Of a stretch of DNA of 33,296 nucleotides, positions 7,862 to 15,225 are shown piece after piece. The DNA is from a virus. Its lineage: Duplodnaviria > Caudoviricetes. The stretch is taken from IMG/VR virus record IMGVR_UViG_3300006115_000041, positions 1 through 33,296 of that record; one strand, 5' to 3'. Below the pieces are notes generated by a model. It searched no databases and had not been told where the DNA came from. It saw only the letters and a list, made by a program, of their open reading frames with translations. The translations under genes were made by a program, and so were the position numbers. Every line of letters begins with the position of its first letter. The first letter of the stretch is position 1.

Positions 7862-8595
7862 TAAACCCTCGCTTCCTTGATCATGTTTTTTACAAATTCA
7901 AGGTCTGACACGTGATTCTTAAAGCGATCGTTCCAAAAAACCAAATCTATCATAGGAGCGATAGTCTGTAATTGATCATCTGTCATCTTCTTAAGTGATG
8001 CGATTCCATTATCGCAATTTAACAACACCCAAGGACTGACCTTGCCGTCTCGAATATCATAAGTTAATCTATTCAAATTAGCATATAAAAAGTAATGGTT
8101 CCACTGTGCGTTATTCTTGTCTCCCCACTCGCACATAGTATTTATTGTGCGTTCGCAGGCAGACTCCACTTGCTCACTCTTTATTAGGTCTAGCACATAT
8201 TTGTCATATAGTTCTTCTCTGCACCATTTGTCTAACGGAACTCCGCTCTTGACGATCCAATCTATATACCTATCTGGATAGAGAGGATTAACATTGCTCA
8301 TAAAGCTACCAAACTTTACGAAAGCATTGTAATAGGGACTCTTACAAAAATCTTCATAGGTCTTTTCTTCTCGGCTGTTCTGTGTAGTCTTATAGAATCT
8401 ATTATAAACATAAAACCCACTCTGTACCCTGCGTTCATCCTTTTGCATATATCTGCGTTTAGGCTCGCACATATGCACTGCTAAGGTCTTTTCCTTAACA
8501 AAGCCTTTTCCACAAAATCTGCAGCTGTACTCAGAGATCTTTAAGTTCCTTTTCTTCCCAACCGAGCTGGCGGGCGATGTCTTTAATTTCAGCAC
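7861..8595 (-). CDS. Hypothetical protein with N-terminal C2H2/C2HC-type zinc finger
   Basis: YSCRFCGKGFVKEKTLAVHMC fits the classical finger spacing C-x2-C-x3-F-x5-L-x2-H. The start codon is uncertain (GTG, overlapping the upstream gene by 65 nt). Confidence 0.65.
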   Translation of the reverse strand: MLKLKTSPASSVGKKRNLKISEYSCRFCGKGFVKEKTLAVHMCEPKRRYMQKDERRVQSGFYVYNRFYKTTQNSREEKTYEDFCKSPYYNAFVKFGSFMSNVNPLYPDRYIDWIVKSGVPLDKWCREELYDKYVLDLIKSEQVESACERTINTMCEWGDKNNAQWNHYFLYANLNRLTYDIRDGKVSPWVLLNCDNGIASLKKMTDDQLQTIAPMIDLVFWNDRFKNHVSDLEFVKNMIKEARV

Positions 8596-9001
8596 TGGTG
8601 TTTATCTCCGCTAACAGTTCTAGTTCATCTGATTTCATATCTGGATATAAAGATTCTAGTATCTTAAGTTTCTTACCTTGACCTTTTTTCTTTCCGGCTA
8701 ATCCTATCCATTCGTGATAGAATACAGTCTTTTTATCCCAGTTAGCCTGACATAGCAACTGCCATTGTAGCTTTGGATGCTTGCTTAATTCAAACCAATT
8801 CTTGTTAAAATATTCATTTACCGCTAGCACATAATGCTGTGCTTGCTCTGTGTTATTGGTCTTTACGCTGCTAGCATATCTGTTTAGGATCCAAAGCTCG
8901 CTTTTCAGTGCCTTGCGCTGCTCATCGTCTAGCTCATCCCATAAGGACTTGCTGTTTAAATCTATAGCGGCTATTATTTCTTTAAGAGGGATCTTTGTCA
9001 T
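8531..9001 (-). CDS. gp62: Putative clamp-loader small subunit (T4 gp62-like)
   Basis: The ILNRYAS...LAVNE...KLQW...W pattern and the size resemble gp62, and the gene lies in a replication context. Confidence 0.55.
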   Translation of the reverse strand: MTKIPLKEIIAAIDLNSKSLWDELDDEQRKALKSELWILNRYASSVKTNNTEQAQHYVLAVNEYFNKNWFELSKHPKLQWQLLCQANWDKKTVFYHEWIGLAGKKKGQGKKLKILESLYPDMKSDELELLAEINTSAEIKDIARQLGWEEKELKDL

Positions 9002-9218
9002 CTTTAATAGTATAGTATATTAACAGCAAATGATCAAGAGCTATTTTGACTGATGCGTTCGTTTCTGCTAGTCTTTTAATTTCATTAAATTCTAAGTACG
9101 TAAACAGATCTGGAAGATCTTGTACTATTTCTCTTTCCGTATGTTGAGGTAATCTTTTAAAGACAGTTCTTCCACCATTAGGAGATTCAAATATAAATTT
9201 GTCACTGTCTTTATCCAT
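8982..9218 (-). CDS. Hypothetical protein
   Basis: 78-aa ORF abutting the upstream stop, with an IFESPNGGRTVF motif. Confidence 0.7.
   Translation of the reverse strand: MDKDSDKFIFESPNGGRTVFKRLPQHTEREIVQDLPDLFTYLEFNEIKRLAETNASVKIALDHLLLIYYTIKDDKDPS
9009..9037 (-). promoter_or_regulatory. Sigma70-type promoter (TTGATC-17-TATACT) upstream of the gp62-like gene
   Basis: -35 at 9037-9032, a 17-nt spacer, -10 at 9014-9009, then 7 nt to the ATG at 9001. Confidence 0.5.
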
Positions 9219-9725
9219 CTACATCAACTTTGCGTACTGAATTATCTCACTCTGTCTACTTATGTCTTTTACAAAGAATACACAAGGCGGTTCGTCACCT
9301 TCTCTCAGCGGCACTGCTAACAGCTGTCCGTTCTTCATTTTAGGAAAATACCATTTGAAATCCATATAGACATTTAGTATTTCTACTTCTAAGAAACTAA
9401 ATTTAAAGTCACTGATAGGATTAAAAACAAATGCATCAAACCCTCTGTTGGTGAGGCTTGTCAGAGATATAACTTCTAGATCATTTCCGCTTTCATGGCA
9501 TCCTACTACTATGCTCCAATCTAATGGCATCTGTACTTGATAGTTTCCAATCTTAAGCACTACCGCAGGAGCATTAAAACTCTCCAAGAAAACCAAAGGT
9601 ATAAAAAAGAAATCAGGTTCGTTGGGATTACTGTTATCTAGTACGCTAAATCTTAGATCCTCGTCTATCTCATCTGGTAAATTATTTAAATTAAATGTCT
9701 TGTTATCTAGTGTTAGTATCTGCAT
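9219..9725 (-). CDS. Hypothetical protein, beta-rich
   Basis: 168-aa ORF directly downstream of uvsW, with no confidently recognised motif. Confidence 0.75.
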   Translation of the reverse strand: MQILTLDNKTFNLNNLPDEIDEDLRFSVLDNSNPNEPDFFFIPLVFLESFNAPAVVLKIGNYQVQMPLDWSIVVGCHESGNDLEVISLTSLTNRGFDAFVFNPISDFKFSFLEVEILNVYMDFKWYFPKMKNGQLLAVPLREGDEPPCVFFVKDISRQSEIIQYAKLM

Positions 9726-9737
9726 TTTATTCTCACT

Positions 9738-11192
9738 TTAAATGTCTGTCTTTATGACTACAAAGGAATACTTCGCGTCCTTATAAAATTTCTTACGTTC
9801 TGTAAGATGTCGTTTGGCATATTTACAAGATGATGTTATATCCCAGATCTGTACGAAGTCCTTGTCCTCTGCTTTGCGGATACCGCGTCCAATAGACTGG
9901 ATAACTCTGACAAAGCTCTTTCCGGGCTCCAGCAGTACCAGATTAAAAATACGAGGAATATTAATACCCACAGCAGCAACTCCATAGGTCGCAACAATAA
10001 GCTTATCGTCGCTTGTTTTAACTTCATCATACTCATCTTTTCGATCTTTTGTTTTAACTTTTCCGCTAACAAATACAGCATCCGGTATCCTCTCGATCAG
10101 CATTTCACCTGTTTCAATCCTATTGACTAGAACTAATGTATTACCTGTAGCTACTATTTCTTTTATCTTAGCCGACAACCAATCTAATCGAGTCGAATCA
10201 GTGACTAGGTATTTGTATTCATCTGCATAGTTACGAAATTCTTTTATGTCAGTTACTTGTAGCACGTTAACGTGACACTGTGCTAGAATTCCTTTTTCTT
10301 GCAACTGATTAGCTGTAACTCTATGTATGACTTCGCCGATCGAACAGCGTATAGATTCATACTCAAATTTTTCTTTGGGAACAGTTCCAGTCAATCCCCA
10401 ACGTATTGGAGCATTGGCAAAATTGATTGTTAGCAATTTCTTTAGGACATCTGCTTTGGCTTGATGTACCTCATCGATGATAATAGCAGCAACGCCTTCG
10501 GTAAATTCAGCTAATGTTAATGTTTCAGTATCGTGGCTCTTCTTATCTAGGATGTTTAGGCTCTGCCAAGTGCAGATAGTATGTGTCTTGTTAAGTTCTT
10601 TACGATCTCCATAGTAGACACCGACATCCAATCCAACATTACGATAGTCTTCTTCTGTCTGCTCCACTAGGCTCTTGTTCGGAACGATAACCATCGTCCT
10701 GCCATATCTCTCGCATATCTTGCTGAGTGTAGCAGTCATGATAGTTTTGCCAGCGCCAGTAGCAACTTCCTGTAGTGCTTGGGGATTTTCTAAAAAGTTA
10801 TTGACTACTTCGACCTGATCGTCGCGCAGTCTTATAAGTTCTCCTTCGAACCTATGTCCTTTTGGCCAAACCTTGTCTCCCCAAAAATCTTCTGCGATCT
10901 TTTCAAAAGCAGACAATTGATATGTACGTAGATCTTCTATCTCAACATCATAATCTAGATCATCTAGTATTGGTAGGATTTCACTCAATTGATTGATATA
11001 GCCCGTACCGCCGACGCCAAAGAACGCAACGGTACCATCCCATCTACCTAATCGATAGCTGGGTTGATATCGGGCCCAAGGTACTTCAAATTTAAATCTG
11101 TTAGCCAGCTTTCTTCGTGCTTCTAAACTCAAACCTTCAAACTTGATATTAACTTCATCTTTAATGATTAACTTACAACTCTGCAATGTCAT
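9738..11192 (-). CDS. uvsW: SF2 DNA helicase (UvsW-like)
   Basis: Q-motif LRDDQ, Walker A ATGAGKT, DEVH, GLTGT, VGINIP and QSIGRGIR. The N-terminus has the GRWDG motif typical of UvsW. Confidence 0.92.
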   Translation of the reverse strand: MTLQSCKLIIKDEVNIKFEGLSLEARRKLANRFKFEVPWARYQPSYRLGRWDGTVAFFGVGGTGYINQLSEILPILDDLDYDVEIEDLRTYQLSAFEKIAEDFWGDKVWPKGHRFEGELIRLRDDQVEVVNNFLENPQALQEVATGAGKTIMTATLSKICERYGRTMVIVPNKSLVEQTEEDYRNVGLDVGVYYGDRKELNKTHTICTWQSLNILDKKSHDTETLTLAEFTEGVAAIIIDEVHQAKADVLKKLLTINFANAPIRWGLTGTVPKEKFEYESIRCSIGEVIHRVTANQLQEKGILAQCHVNVLQVTDIKEFRNYADEYKYLVTDSTRLDWLSAKIKEIVATGNTLVLVNRIETGEMLIERIPDAVFVSGKVKTKDRKDEYDEVKTSDDKLIVATYGVAAVGINIPRIFNLVLLEPGKSFVRVIQSIGRGIRKAEDKDFVQIWDITSSCKYAKRHLTERKKFYKDAKYSFVVIKTDI

Positions 11193-12342
11193 TACCTAAA
11201 TTTGATACTTGATCTGTATAATACAACACTAATGGATGAGAGTCAACCATTTTCGCAGCAGTGTAGTGTGCGTAGTACCTAGTCGAACAGATTAATAGTT
11301 TTGGTTTAAAGGGTATTTTAAATAGCAGCTTAGGTATCTTTTGCTTTACGAATACGACTTTAGTATTATCGTCGACTAGATTGTTGAGTTGCTTTGATTT
11401 GATAAAGTTATTTAAATCCTTGTTATTAGTGCTCCTAAAAAGCACACTCATCTGTTTAGCATCTATGCCTTGATTTGTTAGATCAATAAACCAATTTTCT
11501 AAACCATTGAGGTTATTGTCTTCTAACATGATCACTATAGGCCAGCAGTGTAGTTCTTTCATTGAACCGACAACATTTGATATACTGTGCTTTTTATTAG
11601 ACAAAAAGAATTTGTTCTTGTTAGATTTAAATATAGATTTAGTGAGACTGCTGATATCTTCTTGATCAAGCTTTTCTTTTACTATACTGCTGAATTCTAA
11701 TCCCAAAGTCTTTGCTAGGAACAGATCAGCTACTAATTCTAAACGTCTGTTAGAGTTATAGTAATCTAAGATAACTTGATTTGTATTTTTCAAATATAAT
11801 GCGTTATCAAAATCAATCAGAGGTACATAAGATTCTGCATCAGACTTGATCTTTTTAATTTCCTGATACCAGCCCATTATCTTTTCATCTACGACGAATC
11901 CGTAAGTTTGGAAACTAGAGACTAACTCATAGATATTTTTCGTAGTCAAAGGAACTGTGTAAGATTTATCCTTTTTACTAAATTCAACATATCTACTGCC
12001 CACGACAGAATTTATTAGATTGTTAAGTTTATTGTTGAAAGGATATTTTATTCCTATAACATTATCGCTATAGAGAAATATCTTCTTAGTAGTATCTAGC
12101 ACCCTAAACTTATATTTGAAAGCGGGAAGATCTAGAAACAAAGCTAGATTAGGTATAGTTAAATTAAAAAAGTTTTCTTTTAAAACTTTTATTAATAGAT
12201 TAGCTTGACCTTCAGTTAGATAGGTACCGTTTTTTAATTGGCGAGCGATGTTTTTTATTAGATTTGCATCCTTGACGGGCAATCTAGAAATCTGTCGATC
12301 GTCATCAGCAATACTGGCTACTAAATCTTCTATAAACATCAT
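11173..12342 (-). CDS. Hypothetical protein (~389 aa) with a possible HARP-like segment
   Basis: Start reassigned from 12435 to the ATG at 12342 (MMFIEDL), which forms an ATGA overlap with the uvsY stop. The segment IKYPFNNKL...YVEFSKKDKSYTVPL resembles a HARP motif. Confidence 0.6.
   Translation of the reverse strand: MMFIEDLVASIADDDRQISRLPVKDANLIKNIARQLKNGTYLTEGQANLLIKVLKENFFNLTIPNLALFLDLPAFKYKFRVLDTTKKIFLYSDNVIGIKYPFNNKLNNLINSVVGSRYVEFSKKDKSYTVPLTTKNIYELVSSFQTYGFVVDEKIMGWYQEIKKIKSDAESYVPLIDFDNALYLKNTNQVILDYYNSNRRLELVADLFLAKTLGLEFSSIVKEKLDQEDISSLTKSIFKSNKNKFFLSNKKHSISNVVGSMKELHCWPIVIMLEDNNLNGLENWFIDLTNQGIDAKQMSVLFRSTNNKDLNNFIKSKQLNNLVDDNTKVVFVKQKIPKLLFKIPFKPKLLICSTRYYAHYTAAKMVDSHPLVLYYTDQVSNLGNDIAEL
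11218..11246 (-). promoter_or_regulatory. Sigma70-type promoter for uvsW (TTGACT-17-TATTAT)
   Basis: -35 at 11246-11241, a 17-nt spacer and -10 at 11223-11218, inside the 3' end of the upstream gene. Confidence 0.55.
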
Positions 12343-12794
12343 AGACTCGCATCTTCCATACCTGCTACACGTAATTTGATTACGTTGCTTAATTGCCATT
12401 GTTTGATATCTAATGCTTTGATTATTCCTAACCATTTATTACGTAACAACGCAAATTCGTTTATGATCTTTTCATAATCAACTACATCGCTTTCGCCGTC
12501 TACGTATTTCTCAACATCTCTACTGGACAGAGCACGTTGGTAATTCTCTAGATATTTCTTAAAGAATTGGCTGCGTAAACGGCGAAGCTCGATGTTAAGG
12601 TATTCTAGTATAGCCTCTATCTCTTGTAATTGATTATATCGATGCTCAACGATTCCGGGCATATTTGCGGAAGCCTTTTCGATATTTCCAACTATCTTAA
12701 CTTCTTTCTTAGCATCTAGTAGTTCTCGTTCAAAGAAATCTATAGCCAGAGGAATGTTAGTGATGTCTTGGCTTACTTTAGTATACCATGTCAT
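12339..12794 (-). CDS. uvsY: Recombination mediator UvsY
   Basis: 151-aa helical protein ending KYVDGESD...IIKALDIKQWQLSNVIKLRVAG, like the UvsY C-terminus. It lies between uvsX and uvsW. Confidence 0.8.
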   Translation of the reverse strand: MTWYTKVSQDITNIPLAIDFFERELLDAKKEVKIVGNIEKASANMPGIVEHRYNQLQEIEAILEYLNIELRRLRSQFFKKYLENYQRALSSRDVEKYVDGESDVVDYEKIINEFALLRNKWLGIIKALDIKQWQLSNVIKLRVAGMEDASL

Positions 12795-12797
12795 TGA

Positions 12798-13025
12798 TTA
12801 CTCGTCATCATATCCGTAGTCGTCTTCGTCGTCCTCAGTTCCGAGTATTTCTTTTAAAGCTTCGTCTAGATCGTCATCATGGCCCATCATACTAACTAAA
12901 GTATTTTCCTTGATGCCATTCTCACTAAGTAGATCTGCAAACTTAGCAGCAAATATGCTAGTCTGTTTCTTATCTCCATACTCGCGCATTAGATCCCAGA
13001 TCTCTAAAAATAGTGCTTCGTTCAT
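12798..13025 (-). CDS. Small acidic hypothetical protein
   Basis: 75-aa ORF with an ATGA overlap on uvsX and a D/E-rich tail. Confidence 0.75.
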   Translation of the reverse strand: MNEALFLEIWDLMREYGDKKQTSIFAAKFADLLSENGIKENTLVSMMGHDDDLDEALKEILGTEDDEDDYGYDDE

Positions 13026-14095
13026 CCCAGTATTTCTCCTGTTTCGTGGTCAACCAACAGAACATTATCAGGTAACTCTGCTGGCTTCTTATGTATATAG
13101 TCTTCCATTACCATATTCAACAATTCGCCAGTCCACTGCTTGCGATATTCTAAAAATTCCTTGCCTTTAGAATCAACATACTTCAGTCGGTTGCCCTGCT
13201 GTGTGATAACGCCCTTCTTCTCGAAGAGTTCGAGCAAACCACTATAGGGATTCATACCAGTCTCATAAGGAATCTTGATCTGTAGTGTTTCAAAAGGTTT
13301 GCTATAACGAGTCTTCATGATCTTACAGCTAGCACGGATACCGTTAACTTCGCTAACCTTATTACCATCTTCATCTTCCTTGAGCTTTAGCTTCTTCATA
13401 GCTACTACGATAGAACTAGCATAAACAAAGCCCTGGCCACCGCTAATCTTATCGTCAGGGTCAAACATATCCTGTGAAGCATACGTGTGATTAGTACACA
13501 CCATACCTACGTTGTAGGATCCAAACATATTAACGCAGTTACGCACGAGTGCTGTCAGTGCCTTAGGCTTACGGCCCATATCGCCCTTTAGATCACCCGC
13601 TTCAAACTGATTGATATCAGTCGGAGTAAGTAGCATACCTAGACTATCTAATACAAACAATACCTTAGGACGTTCACCATCGGCCATCGTCTTGTATTCT
13701 TTCATAAACTCATGGATAGTCTTAGCAACATCGTCGATCATTGCCATATTAAGCTTTAGAAGTTTTTCTGGACTAGTATCAACTCCTAGAGCATGTAACC
13801 ACTTCTCATCTAATGCGTTTTCACTATCAATAAGCACTACGAAGATATCTTGCTCCTGTGCATACTTGACGATATTTCCACTACAGATGTAGCTTTTGCC
13901 TGCACCTGATTCTCCTGCAAACACAGTGACTTTACCAAGAGGAATGCCTCTATTGAAGTCGCCGCTAATGAGATAGTTTAGTGCGTAATTACCTGTGCTG
14001 ATCCAATCAGTAGGATCATTAAACCCAACACCGAGACCATCGATACTCTTGGTCAAAGTCTTTCTAAATTTACTAACATCAAAAATTTTAGCCAT
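13022..14095 (-). CDS. uvsX: RecA-like recombinase UvsX
   Basis: ISTG..LN, Walker A GESGAGKS, IDSENA, Walker B VLDSLG, NHTY, SGG and KTR. The SD GGAG lies upstream. Confidence 0.95.
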   Translation of the reverse strand: MAKIFDVSKFRKTLTKSIDGLGVGFNDPTDWISTGNYALNYLISGDFNRGIPLGKVTVFAGESGAGKSYICSGNIVKYAQEQDIFVVLIDSENALDEKWLHALGVDTSPEKLLKLNMAMIDDVAKTIHEFMKEYKTMADGERPKVLFVLDSLGMLLTPTDINQFEAGDLKGDMGRKPKALTALVRNCVNMFGSYNVGMVCTNHTYASQDMFDPDDKISGGQGFVYASSIVVAMKKLKLKEDEDGNKVSEVNGIRASCKIMKTRYSKPFETLQIKIPYETGMNPYSGLLELFEKKGVITQQGNRLKYVDSKGKEFLEYRKQWTGELLNMVMEDYIHKKPAELPDNVLLVDHETGEILG

Positions 14096-14111
14096 AAGGA
14101 TTCTCCATAAT

Positions 14112-14149
14112 GAAAAGATAGTGGGGGACTTGCCCCCACTCTTTTTTTT
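14112..14149. terminator. Rho-independent terminator-like hairpin between gp32 and uvsX (possibly bidirectional)
   Basis: AGTGGGGG-acttg-CCCCCACT stem-loop, with a T8 run on the plus strand and ATCTTTTC on the minus strand. Confidence 0.75.
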
Positions 14150-14152
14150 ATC

Positions 14153-15118
14153 TTACTTAGATTGTCTTGAACGGATCATTGCAAGGATATCTGAGGACTT
14201 GCTATCTCCACCGGAAGGCTTAGAAACAGTCTCTGTCTTTGCAGGTGTTGTATCAAAAGGCACATCGTCATCTTCAGCAACGGCAGCAGTAACCTTAGCA
14301 GCAGTGCGTGTGTTCGGATCACCAGTTGCCTGGCTCATACCAGCTGCGCGGTAATACTGTCCCCAACGCTCTGCGTCATATGCTTCACCATCAACTGATG
14401 CTTCAAACATCTCCTTGATAACCTTTAGCTCAACATCAGTTGGCTTCTTGGGGAGATAATCCTTTAGATTAAACAGTCCATGTGCATTGATAGACTTAAC
14501 ATCACTATCACTGATAGCACGTTCACGACGACCCCACTTTGAAGTAGAATAGTCAGCATATCCGCCCTTGCTAGTCTTAGCGATACGGAAGTCTAAACCG
14601 TGTACATAGTCAGTTGGTAGATCTTCGATCTCAGGATCGAGGAGTGCCGCGCGGACGATCTGGAAGATCTGAGGACCGATGATAAACCTACGGATAGGAT
14701 TCTCTGGTGTGTTCTCTTCCTTGATAGGATCTTCAACTACTAGTCCTTGGAATAGATAGCTCTTCTTCTTCCAATACTTACGGCCCATATCTTCTAGGCT
14801 CTTGTCTTTAAACCATCCACGCACTTCGCTAAGGATTGGGCAAGTCTCACCCCACATTTCTACGCAAGGTACCTGTACCTGTGTAGGACGGCTATCCGTC
14901 TCACCCTTAACGCCATTGAATGGAAGCTTAATCATAGCACGCTCAACCCAGAAAAATGTGTTGCTTGCGTCGCCATCTGGGAGGAATCTAACTACTGATT
15001 CCTGGCCTTCTTTCAAGTTCCAGAAAGGATAAATTCCGTTATCCCCACCGCCTTGATTGCCCGAACTACGGGTCTCTTGTTCTTTTAACTTTGCGCGAAT
15101 TTCTGCTAGTGATGCCAT
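14153..15118 (-). CDS. gp32: Single-stranded DNA-binding protein (T4 gp32 family)
   Basis: VVRFLP, C..W.ETCPI, YWKKKSY and Y.DYSTSKW motifs, and an acidic DDDVPF tail. Strong SD AAGGAG. Confidence 0.9.
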   Translation of the reverse strand: MASLAEIRAKLKEQETRSSGNQGGGDNGIYPFWNLKEGQESVVRFLPDGDASNTFFWVERAMIKLPFNGVKGETDSRPTQVQVPCVEMWGETCPILSEVRGWFKDKSLEDMGRKYWKKKSYLFQGLVVEDPIKEENTPENPIRRFIIGPQIFQIVRAALLDPEIEDLPTDYVHGLDFRIAKTSKGGYADYSTSKWGRRERAISDSDVKSINAHGLFNLKDYLPKKPTDVELKVIKEMFEASVDGEAYDAERWGQYYRAAGMSQATGDPNTRTAAKVTAAVAEDDDVPFDTTPAKTETVSKPSGGDSKSSDILAMIRSRQSK

Positions 15119-15165
15119 GTGCCTATCTCCTTGTTGTTGTGCCTGTGGCTAGTTTGTTTGTGCCT
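15118..15165 (-). repeat. Three AGGCACA direct repeats in the gp32 leader
   Basis: Plus-strand TGTGCCT at 15118, 15138 and 15159 (spacing 20 and 21 nt). Confidence 0.85.
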
Positions 15166-15168
15166 AAT

Positions 15169-15202
15169 AAAAAACTGCACTATATTACTATAGCGCAGTT
15201 TT
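15169..15202 (-). terminator. Terminator hairpin at the end of the late block
   Basis: The minus strand reads AAAACTGCGCTATA-GTAA-TATAGTGCAGTTTTTT: a long stem with one G-U pair, a GNRA loop and a U tract. Confidence 0.75.
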
Positions 15203-15215
15203 ATTTATCTGTCAA
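15187..15215 (-). promoter_or_regulatory. Sigma70-type promoter for gp32 (TTGACA-17-TATAGT) with a nested late motif GATAAATA
   Basis: -35 at 15215-15210, -10 at 15192-15187, and GATAAATA at 15209-15202 within the spacer. Confidence 0.75.
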
Positions 15216-15225
15216 TGAATATTTT

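Noticed and set aside
12343-12435. ORF-track N-terminal extension of 11173..12435
   Set aside because: It overlaps uvsY by about 95 nt. The ATG at 12342 gives a canonical ATGA coupling.
14096-15225. tRNA or structured ncRNA in the intergenic gaps flanking gp32
   Set aside because: The gaps are short and are explained by terminators, promoter and leader. No cloverleaf or T-loop motif was seen.
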